Shown: piece after piece, positions 39,201 to 50,700 of the stretch
Numbering within the stretch: position 1 is the stretch's first letter
Layout of the letters: every line of letters begins with the position of its first letter
DNA from: Haliotis rubra
Taxonomy: Eukaryota
Reading direction: 5' to 3'
Length of the DNA: 64,000 nucleotides
Assembly (NCBI RefSeq): GCF_003918875.1
Contig: NW_025765346.1
Coordinates: forward strand, 124,001-188,000
The notes under the pieces: model-generated
What the model was told of the DNA's origin: nothing
What the model saw: the letters and a program-made list of their open reading frames with translations, nothing else
Database searches by the model: none
Position numbers and translations under genes: made by a program

Positions 39201-39686
39201 TGTATCATAGTGACGTTGACTCTGTGTAATTGTTTGACGCGTATGTTACGTAAAAAAATTAAAATTAACTGAGGCCAGGTATCACATTCATCTCAATCAC
39301 AACAAACGTAAATCATAAAGATGTATGATAGGCTGACACAAGGTATGTATTTGATAAAATAAATTACCTTTCTCTTTTGAATACAACTTATATCCCGGGG
39401 CTGATTCACTTGTTGAGTTCCCGTTAAAGGCGACTGCGTAGCCTCTACAGACTGATCCTCCTGAGTTCACTTGAAAGGTAACGCAGGCTTTCTCTTGGAG
39501 ACAGAAGGTGGCACATTCATTTCTATTCACTGATGATTTTGTCCACAACAACCATCTTGAAAACAACTGATTGTCAAACGTCATGACATGAGTGTATTTG
39601 ACAATCTTGCACTCTGGAATGGCTTGAATTCTATCTTCCGAAAATCGCAGAAATAGAATCAGGATGAAAACGCCTTTTCTATCCAT
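33255..39686 (-). CDS. Secreted PAN/apple - EB(EGF-like) - PAN protein, ~238 aa
   Basis: Exon 39686-39368: hydrophobic N-terminus plus PAN pattern ECATFCLQEKAC...C; alternative ATG at 39698. Exon 34245-34120: six-Cys EB/EGF-like module GSSCQNNADC...CVNSECMCDPG...TC. Exon 33526-33255: PAN pattern EQQCMDHC...FVCRTAD...CDL. Both introns are phase 1 with canonical sites. Confidence 0.8.
34446..34688. mobile_element. Second copy (inverted) of the Harbinger-type MITE
   Basis: Shares the TIR motif CGATTTCTCGA and reverse-complement internal sequence with 30001-30265. Confidence 0.65.
35003..37500. repeat. 40-bp minisatellite, ~60 copies, in PAN-gene intron 1
   Basis: Unit TTGCCTACCAGTAAGGAAGCGTTTGAGCTGTCATTATATG with recurrent variants. 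Confidence 0.98.
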
Positions 39687-40130
39687 GTTAAGTGGCATAA
39701 TTTTTTCAGCGTGTCCAAACAATCTACAAATGGAACACTGATCCGTTCAGATGGTGAACTACATGTAAGTCTCCAGACTCGAAGAACCATGCAGTGTTGT
39801 CAGAATTGATTCTACATATACAGACACGACCAAATGTCCCCATGGACATCACCTGCTTTGCTCTGGTGGTTTCTATTCATTTGTCTTTTATCCAGCACAG
39901 GATGGGTTTGTTTAATGTTTAAGTCTATGAAGAATCGCTATCTACATGGACAAAGGCAGCAAGAATTTACATGTAGTTATCATCTTGTAAAAATTGTAAT
40001 CTGCAAAAATCCCTCACCAAACATCCCCATTTGTACACCATAAAGAAAGTATAGTATGTGGATGCCTATATTTTGTTTCTTGAACAGTTTCCTATGCTGC
40101 TCAACAAACTGTACTGAATGCAGTTAAGAT

Positions 40131-40133
<3 letters not shown>

Positions 40134-40173
<40 letters not shown>

Positions 40174-40207
40174 GAGAGGAAAGGAGAGAGAGAGAAAGAG
40201 AGAGAGA
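40134..40207. repeat. (CA)n/(GA)n compound microsatellite
   Basis: Direct reading. Confidence 0.95.
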
Positions 40208-40449
40208 TATTTAAAAATGCAAATAATTAAATAAACAAAAAACAAAATAAAAACCATGGAGACTCAGCTCAAAGTAGCAGAAATTACAGGTGATGAAGTT
40301 CGAACTGACCATATCAAGCTTTCAGACAGGCATTGCACTGTGCGCACATTCTCTGTATAAGACTTTTGATTATCATCTGAGGAATGTTGTAGATCACCCC
40401 AGGGAGATCACAGGGTTGTCTGGTTAAGACTCTACTAATTAGTCGGGCA

Positions 40450-40780
40450 TAGAATGTGACATATTCATTACATTTCGTTGATGATTTGGCCATAACAACC
40501 ATCTTGCAAACAGCAAATGGGCAAACGTCATGTCATGACGCTTGACAATCTAACACTTTGTATTGCTTGTGAGCGAGTTTGATTTCATACCACTTTCAGC
40601 AATACGTCCTCCGGCAATATCCCGGCGAGGGACACCAGAGATGGACTCTCCATATGGAGAATCGCACCCGGGACTTCAGCGTGACGAGTGGAAGCTTTAA
40701 CCATTAGGCTACCCCACCACCATCACAGAGTTACTTCAGAATTGATTTTACAGATACACATGTAAACACGACCAAAGGTA
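40450..40780 (-). pseudogene. Degenerate duplicate of PAN-gene exon 1 and its upstream flank, interrupted by a SINE
   Basis: 40450-40570 aligns to ~39503-39625 (e.g. GATGATTT..ACAACCATCTTG..CAAACGTCATG..TTGACAATCT). 40737-40778 aligns to 39801-39835. A SINE lies at ~40570-40720. Confidence 0.7.
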
Positions 40781-43700
40781 TTCCCATTGAGGCCTGCTTT
40801 CATCTTAATAGATAATTAAGTTGTTTAGTTGTATATTTTTGTACATATCAGCGCATGACATAAAACGTAGCTCAAGACCTCCTATTGTATAGGATAGCGG
40901 AAGTTTCAACACTACTGTTGATCAATTCCTTCATCTTGGAGGCTATGGTCAAACGCGGCACGAAATAAAAAAATATCATATCTGAGTGAGTGAGGAGGTT
41001 AGGACTTTTAGTCACATCGGCAGTATCACATCCACATCGTGACTGAAAACAAATTCGAGATTCATGTCACATAAACTCAGAGTGTAAAAACACTGTAGAA
41101 ACAACGAGAACATCATAGATGTAAACCTAGCATGTAAATCTAAAACTATATACAAACCATTAAGTGTCATGCTACATATTGCTAACAATCGAAAATAAAT
41201 TACCATACTAAGGACCCTGATTTAAAGTTTCAAAATGAGCCTCTACATATAAACTATGAACTGTCAAGGTTCTGAGGACAGATAAATATCGGGTTAGAAT
41301 TGAGCAACCCTGTTTGTCGTAAGAATTGGTAAGAGGCGACTAACGGGATCGGGTGGTCAGACTCGCTGACTTGGTTGACACATGTCATCGTATCGGACTT
41401 GCGTAAATCGATGCTCATGCTGTGGATCACAGGATTGTATGATCCAGACTGATCTAGTGCGGCGTTAAAAGACAGAAAAAACCAAACAAACATGTCTTAC
41501 AATTTCAAAAATTATTGCATCTTGGATAATTCCCACTAATGCGTTAAATTTGGAAATGACCTTACACCTGCCACAATGAAAGCATTACTGTAGTTTTGAA
41601 CAAGAGTGATTAAACAACAAGATACCAAGATCCCTCATTGAAGAAAGAGCATGTCTAATTTTTCGGAAGCATGGGGAATGTAGACATCAAGCGTTTTAGA
41701 GCTGGAACAAATAGGGAATTACTCGACAGAAAAGGAACGTTCATTGTTAGAAAGTTGACGGGATCTCTCATGTCTCGTTGTCTTCAATAAAACATTTGGT
41801 TCGACAACACCAGTCCTCCAAACAAAGAAAACACAACGATCTTATGCACTGTTTTCAATTCCCACCAACACTGAGAAGATGTCGAGGGGCCTCCATGTTC
41901 AATCGTGTAAAGCCAGAGTTGTATTTCTTCGTCGCTTCTCTGCACTGTTTTAGACACGACGAAGTTGAAGGAAAAGAATAATGTATTGTGCCACATCTCT
42001 TGAGAATCAAAAAAATAAGGGACCTTCGTCTGTTGAGCATTGTGACATCTTCCGTTACTTTCATGAATACGTGAAACGTTATGGCATAAAACGTCTTGGC
42101 ATACTAGACACTTTTGTTTTCATCTCTAGATGATTGATAAGTGACGTTGCCTGTGAATCCCTGTTCAAACACACTCAATAAGAGAATAGTTGAGCTTCTA
42201 AAACCTGTACTGCAGGCATGTATTGATCAATATTTCCTCTTATCGATTAAGATTGATGACGACTGTTTGTTCTTTAACGCTGCACTATCAAAGCTATATG
42301 GCGGCGGTCTGTAGTACAGACCATTGGTCCATGAAATTGGGTAACTGTGGCATGTGTCTACCAAGTCAGTGAGCCTGACCACCCGATCCCTTTATTCGCC
42401 TCTTACGGCATGATGCGTTCCAATCAAAATTAATAGTGCACGGTTTAGGAGAACTAGCAGAAGTGAAAGTAACTGTATCAATTTGACGTTCATGACTTAT
42501 GAACATAGTCTCCATTTTTGCCTTCCTTCATGAACATAATCTGTAATTTTGTCACACAACCCTTCAGGACCTTTCACTGATCACTGGTTTGCTTGGTTCA
42601 GACTCGCTTATTTACAGACCGCAGACATCTGGAAATTGCTGAGTGTGGCTTTAAACAGCATCTAAACAAAGAAAATGACGAAAACAGGAAATCTCTGTGG
42701 GAACAATCCTCGATAATCTCCAGGATATACGTTACGATCACTCTCCACTATACCCTGGATGCATCCACGGCTTTGCCTGATGATTTTATTACCTCCCTTG
42801 GCTGGCTTTTTATCCAATCAGGTGTCTACGCTGGGAAGTTAAGCGAACTAATCACAACTCACTTTCGCTTTTTAAATTATCTAACCGATTAAACTTGGCA
42901 ACACAATTGATGCAGAGGTACTCTGAAAGAGGTAGAAGTAGTTCTTTTATGTATTTTTTGAAAGTTTCAAATCTGTCAATTTGTCTGTATTATTTCCTAA
43001 AAATCTGAGTGGCACTGCGGACAAACATTCGCGACTACGACTGCGACCGCTATCTTTGTTGACACTGACAAGCTCGGATGTAACGGCTGCTTAGCTGATT
43101 GGCTACTGTAAGAATGCGGAGCCAGCAAAGGGAGGTAATAAATCACCGGGCCAAGCCGTGGATGCAACGTATACCCTGGAGATTATCGAAGATGTGAGGG
43201 AACATACCTTTCAGTAGAGTTTCAGTTACCAGTTGAGTGGAAACTGTTGGGAAGGATGAACAACGTAAATAATGACAGTGACACTGCCAGTCTGGTGACC
43301 AAAAACTCCGTTTGGAAAGACATCTTGCTAGTTTCTTTCTTGCTGAGGAAAGTATAACAACCGGTGGTCCAACAACTGAATCAGTCGTGTACAAACAGCA
43401 GAGAAAAGACGATAATTATTATCTATCGATAAACCTGTTTATTATATCAGAGAGAATGTGTGACACTTTCCTAAATGTCGTTAGGCCCGGGTCGGGTGTT
43501 ATACTGAAAGTAAATTCGGATAATATTTACTTCTGAAATCAGACTAATACATAAACATGGTTGTTTTATGAATAGCGTCATTTTGCATAGGCCCGTGAAG
43601 ATCAGGATACAATTGGTCTCTTGCAATCCATGCTTGTTGAGTGTGTGTTAGTTCAGATTATAGGTCACACCGGCAGTATTTCAGCCATACCGTGGCTGAA

Positions 43701-43935
43701 ATAAGTTGTAAATCCGTAATACATACAGTTTGAATTATAACAAAAACTACCCACGAAAGACAGTTAAACAACTAGTATATCATAGATATGAATATAAAAA
43801 TAACACGTAAATCTAAAACATTTTAACTATTGAAGACAATATAATTTAAAGACAGGCTGTATATTGCCAGCAACTGAAGGTAGATCGCCATTCGGACCAT
43901 GGGAAGTTACAGTAATTTGCTTCGTCATGGACCTA

Positions 43936-44446
43936 TAGTCTGTTTGCAGTGAAAACGTACCGATGAATTTCATTCTAAACAAAAATGTAAATCAAATAAA
44001 GTGAAAATAAGATTGCGATCCTCATAATTTTACCTTGCCAATTGAACAGTTAAACCTCAAATTTTTAATTGAAATCAAGATACAAGTTGTTTAATAAACG
44101 ATCATAGTTTCAAATCGCTATTATTGGTTTGTATCACAAGGGGGTAAGTGCAGTAGTTGGAACAATGAAATGAATGCACGTGCGGTACGTGAAGAGCGTT
44201 AGCTTACTTGTTCTTGGTGTTTCATTTAATGTGCATACCCCCTTGTAATGCAAACCAATAATAACGATTTAAAACTATGATCGTTTGTTAAACAACTTTT
44301 ACCCTAAGTTGAATAACATTCTGAGATTTAAATGTTCAATTAGCAAGGTAAAACTATGAGGATTCGCAATCTTAATTTCACTTTATTCAATTTAATTTTT
44401 TCTTTAAAGTGAAATTCATAGGTACGTTTTCACTGCAAACAGACTA
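43936..44446. mobile_element. Foldback MITE with ~210-bp inverted arms, TA TSD
   Basis: TAGTCTGTTTGCAGTGAAAACGTACC ... GGTACGTTTTCACTGCAAACAGACTA, inserted at a TA inside a family-C repeat. Confidence 0.85.
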
Positions 44447-44769
44447 TAGCTGAATTTACGCTATCAGTTCAGCTACTAGCAATATCAGACAATCTAGCCA
44501 TGATTTTAAATAACATATAAACTATTGTGAAAGAATTTATTTTAAATGTTTGGGACTTACAGTGTAGTATTTTTGTTTGTTTCAATAAGCGACTAATGGG
44601 GTCGTGTGACCAGGCCGTTATTATTATCCCAAATCGATGTCACTGAATTGAATCACTTGATTGCCTGGTCTAGACGAGATTAGTTACAGACCGCCATCGT
44701 GTACCTGTAATATTACTTTGAATACCAAACAAAACATTTACATGATTGAAATGACTGTGCACTGAATTA

Positions 44770-47700
44770 TCATGTGTGAAGTTGTTTGTAATTATTTTCT
44801 CGGGTGAGGTTGTCTACTGCTTTACCTTTGATGAGTTTTCCACGAACCACGACTTCGCAGATGGTGAGATATTCACGGTTTGGTGGTATATAATGTAACA
44901 TCACGTATCGACCCGTTGTCGAAGGGTTGCAGACTAGAACCTCAGGCCTTGACAGTCGTCCTTTCTTTTGTGCACATGTCATTGGCTGGGCAGTGCTGGT
45001 ATTCATGGGGTTTTCTTTAAACACTAGGACTTCCAGGTCATGGAATCTGTATGCTGGCATCAAAACACCACACTATCAGAGTCAACAGTCACAGTAAAGC
45101 ATGACAATTTGTCATCCAGATGTTTATTTCCGGGTTCACTTCAGGAAGAAAATATATACCGAGGGAATGCAAGATCATGCTTTATTATAAAATATGTAAA
45201 TATACTCTGTAAACAAATTAAAATCGTAAATTTGTAAGAGACAAATGAAAGAATGGGGAATGCATTAAAGCGGTATTGAAGTGTGACAGAAGAGAGTATG
45301 ACCCCCAACGATCTCGAAGGGCGATATGGTAAAGTTGCTAATTTCAAAGATTTTTGGAACAGTGATGCCCAAGACCACCACGACTGGTGAAATATTCATT
45401 AACTATACTCTTCAAAAGAAGTAGGGAAATTTAAATGTTTAGTTTACGATTGAAAAACTTGGGAGATGTATCGATGATGCAGGAAAAGTGCTATCATTAT
45501 CAAGCACTTACCATAACCATCTGTCCGTCTGTAAAGGGTGACGTTGTGCACATCATAGTTTCCTTGCAAGTCAACCATCCACCAAGGTTTCGGCACAGAA
45601 GCATGGGAAGTAAAGCATTGACCTGCTATACGATTTCCGCCCTTGTCACCGTCAACCACATGGTTAGGATTAGAACGTCCGTCAAAGTCTTTACATCCGT
45701 ATGCAGGTTTGCCAAGGGCCAGATTGCTGATGTCTGGAAGACGAATCCATAAAAAAATTAAAAATAAATAAATAAACATTTCAATGTCAAAACAGTTAAG
45801 GATCTCTTTACCACTGTTATTTTTCATTCAGTTATTTTTTTTTTTTTAAAGAAATTGATTTATTGATTTAATTGATGCATTCTGATTAATATGTTCTGTA
45901 GATATATATATTTTACTGATTGGTAATTTAGATTAGTACCTTAAATTGTTAGTGGCTGTACCCTCAAAGTGGGTTAAAGCATTGTAAAATTATTGTCCTC
46001 CTGAGAGGGTACGTAAGTCCCAAAACTTTCATTGTCAATTTAGCTCCACCAACCTTTGTATTCGTAGTGTTTTTGTTTTAAAATTTCGGCTGAATTTGCC
46101 TACAATCGCCAGCGACTGATGGGATGATATAAATCCAGCTAGGGTCCATGGAGGTAGGCAAAGTACTGTAAGTCCCCATGATCCCTAGTATGGTGATCTT
46201 CCTTCTGTTGTTTGCGATCAATAGCCCCTTTTTTACATTGTATTGTCCAAAAATAGTCTCCTACTTGTATGCTAGCTAGTTTTAATTAATTTTGTGATAA
46301 TCTCGTATTTATGCTGTCCACCGTTGACAGGGTTTTATATATTATGTGTATGTATTATGAATTTAGAACTAGTTTTAGTCACGATATGGCTGAAATATTG
46401 CCGATGTCACTTTAAATTTTAACTTACTCACTCACTTGAAGCAGAATAAGTAGGTAGACGCAAATGACGCTCATATGTCATAAATCATTTATAATCAAAG
46501 CTAGGCTTTCATACGTTACCCATGTGGGTAATCGAACTTGGTTCTCAGGAGTGATGATCACATTGCTTTAACCACTAGGCTACGTAACCGCCTCTGATAA
46601 CCAGGAATCAGGACAAGTCTGGGTACCGTTTCACGATTGACTGTTTTTTTTGTTTTACGCCGCACTCAGCAATATCTCAGTTATATGACGCCGGTCTGTA
46701 AATAATAGAGTCTGGACCAGACAATCCACTGATCAACAGCTTGAGCATCGATCTACACAACTGGGATACGGTGACAAGCGTGAACCAAGTCAGCGAGCCT
46801 GACCACCCGATCCCGTTGGTCGCCTTTTACGACAGGCATGGGTTACTGAAGACCAATTCTAACCCGGATCTTCCCGGGTTCTTACCTTCAGAACGCGAGT
46901 TTACCTAAATTCAGTGCCTTTGTGACTTTGTCCAACTTTGTGGAGATGTCGAGAAGCTTGTTCTCTGTTTCCTTTTGTCGCAACCCAACAGACTTCAGCT
47001 CTGACTTCATCTCTGAAATTGCAGGGAGTAAATATGATTTAGTTTAATGCACTAATAACGGGTTTTGAGCGAAACAGAATGTTCATACCGTCCCGTTCAG
47101 TGCAAATATTACACATCTTAGAATGAAACATTTCCAAATTTTGCGTCATAAGTTTGTGAAATGTTCATTTTTCCATCTAAAGCTCACTTAGCTCATTTAT
47201 TACACAGCGTAGGAGGTAAAGTTTCAAAAATAATACTTTAAGTGAGTTAGTTTAGTTTTTGCGCCGCTTTTAGCAATATTACAGCAATATCACGACGGGG
47301 GGCACCAGAAATAGGCTTCACACATTGTGTCCATGTGGGGAATCGAACCCGGGTCTTCGGCGTTACGAGCGAACCCTTAACCACTAGGCTACCCCACCGC
47401 CCCTCATAATGTTAAGTCATGGGTACTTGTATATGCTATCAATGTATATCAATGTATTATGGCATAAATACTGTTTATGGTATTAATGTGTTTTAGAATG
47501 GACAACGTGAAATGTTAATACTATGTCATAAAGTAAAAGGGTCTATGGAAACAGCATTTAGAAACTAACTAAGTAGCGCATGTCCATTGCTGTTTTCGAT
47601 ATTTTCCCGATGTTCCTTACGATATAATATAGTTGTTCAGCACTTCAAATGATACAAAAAATATCGTCCTTAAAAATGAGCGCGTACAAGTCGATAAATA

Positions 47701-50700
47701 CATGTACCGGTGTTCCACAGTAGATATCGCTTGTGTGAGATCAGACGATATCTCCTAGGAGATATCGTTTTGACAGTAGATTTTGTACAATGCCCTGACA
47801 ATGCTATGACGTCATGAACTTGTTGACGTCACAATGTTATGACATCTGCAAATCTAATGGCAGTACTGTGTTCAGAGATGTACATTTTTTATTGAAAACT
47901 AATGAAGAGTGATTTTTTATGATAAATAGAATCTCACCCTCGTGTCTTCTGATATCAAATATATCAACACTCGTTGATAAAAGTAAAAATATCGTCGGCA
48001 AGCCTCGGATATTTGTAACTTTATCAACTCGTGGTGATATACTTGAAATCAAAAGACACTCGCGTGAGATTCTCTATTTATTCCAGGAGCGTGTATCTAT
48101 TTGATATCAAAAGACACACGGATGAAATCATTAGCATAACACAAACCTCATTTTTTTTTCAGTTTGTAAACAGCAATAATAAGGGAATATCTGATCAGCT
48201 TCAGTGATAGAGGGATTGGGCATGCAATTTCATTGTGATGGGAAGCTATCTGCCAAGTATCCTTATGTAATTTCATTGTGATGAGACGGTAATCTGCCAA
48301 GTATCCTTATGTAATTTCATTGTGATGAGACACTTATCTGCCAAGTATTCTTATGTCATTTTATTGTGATGAGACAGTTATCTGCCAAGATTCCTTATGT
48401 TATATCATTGTGATGAGACAGTTATCTGCCAAATATCCTTATGTCATTTCATTGTGATGAGACACTTATCTGCCAAATATCCTTATGTCATTTCATTGTG
48501 ATGAGACAGTTATCTGCCAAATATCCTTATGTAATATCATTGTGACGAGACACTTATCTGCCAAATATCCTTATGTCATTTCATTGTGATGAGACAGTTA
48601 TCTGCCAAATATCCTTATGTCATTTCATTGTGATGAGACAGTTATCTGCCAAATATCCTTATGCAATATAATGACACAATGTTTAAGTTCGTCTTCGAGA
48701 AAAAGAAAATCACAATAAGCTGATCTGATCTGGTCGGATCTGTGAAGCTAGAACTAAGAACGCTATGAGAATATTATGTTTGCACCTTCCTCTCCTTCAG
48801 TATCTGATTCCATATTTTGCATCTTCTTCAGAATTTTCTCAATCTTCTCATCGCTTACTTCTTGTCGGGATGACACAGACGCAAGGTCGGACTGGACCTC
48901 TGAAACTAGAAACAAATCATCCATGCACCGTATCATGGTATTCGCAATCGAAAATACTGGTGCTAGGCTTGACAATAGATTTTCTACCCGTGAAGAGCTG
49001 GGTTAGAATTGATGTTTAGAACCCATGCTTGTCATAAGAGGTGACTAACGGGATCGCGTGGTCAGGTTTACTGGCTTGGTTGACACATGTCATCGTATCT
49101 CATTTGCGTAGATTGATGGTCATGCTGTTGATCACAAAATTGTCTGCTCCAGACTCAATTATTTACAACCGCCATATATCTGAAATATTACTGAGTGCGG
49201 CGTTAAACAACAACCAACCAATACATTTTCATTTGGGGTGCAGTTTGGCAATGTCTCAGGCGACAGTATTCGACTACAGACACAAAGGGTTTCATGAAGA
49301 GTATTCGAGGTGTTGGTATGGTTCATATTCCAAGAAAGATGTACTAGTGATACTTACAAAGAATCCTTGCGACTGAAGAGCAAGTGTACTTGAAATAATA
49401 TGTCATGGTAAACCTCTGGAGTCGAATACGCAGTCAGTCTACTCTTGCGTGTGAAGAAATAATCACCACTCGAACTTGAAAGCCGCAAAACACTACTGCA
49501 CGCATTACGTCTTCATCTTTAAAATAATTTTAGGTTACTACACTTGCTCCTTTGTAGATAGGGTCAACTATGTCTTTTCTTGACTCACATCAATAACTCC
49601 TAGGGGAGTTAGTGAGTTTAGATTAGTTTTACGTCGCATCCAGCAATATTCAAGCAATATCGCAGCGGTGAACACCAGAAATGGGTTTCACATATTGTAC
49701 TCAAGTCGGGAGTCGAACCTAGGTTTTCGGCGGGACGAGCGAACGCCTTAACCACTAGGCTACCCCACCGCCCCGTGGTTGAAGTCGCTTGATCTCGGCC
49801 AATTCCTGTGGAAGCCAGTTGTGAAGGAAAACACGAGATTCAAACATTCAATTCGGAAGTGGACAAGTGATTATTTATCTACATATGACAGTTAAGATGA
49901 TGTTTGTGTTGCTTTGTTGTTTTTGGAAACGTGTAATTATGTAATGAGAATGATTGGTAAGAAATTCGTACCTGCTTCTCCATCACTTCCTTCCATGTCA
50001 TGTATTTTCCCCGTGAGCTTTTCGACCATTTTTTGCATCTCATCCATTTGACCTTTCATAACTAGGAAATATATACAACTGTTAATACAATCCGAGATTA
50101 ATTACAGATGAAGAACTATGGATACATGTCAGTGTGATGTTGTAAATGATACACGATGGACAATCCAATCTATTCTTCCTCAGGCTACGATGTGTCTGAA
50201 AGCCTCCTAGGGACATCGCGTCATTTACAAGTTAAGTAGAAAGGCGGTATCTAAATAACTCTGCACGAGCGTGGAAAATACACGCCATCATTAGGTATCC
50301 CGAAATGGTAGAATGGTTGTTCAGAATTTAAAATGGAAATCAACTGTCCAAATGAAGGTATTTAGCATGCAATCAATATTTAGAATGGTATCAGATGGTT
50401 CAAGAACCTCAATGTTCGTTTTGATTGATCTGCCATAGCTATTAATCAGAGTAATAGTTTATCCTGCAAGGAAGAAACATTATCTTCAAGGGTGATGGTG
50501 CCATACCATTTTTCATCTTCTGGCATGTAAATGACAAGGAAAACACGGTCTTATAATTGACTTGAGTAAAGAAAAAGAAGACAAAGGACGAAATAAGGGA
50601 CTATGGTGGTTCAGTCGTCTAGGACGCATAAACTCTCGACTTTCGTTTTATCATAGGGTTTGTACTAGACCCAAGCCTAAGGGGTTCACAAACGTGTGAC

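Noticed and set aside
39368-44826. Fusion of lectin and PAN genes via the donor at 44826 and acceptor at 39723
   Set aside because: Phases are incompatible, giving an early stop, and the PAN exon has its own hydrophobic N-terminus.
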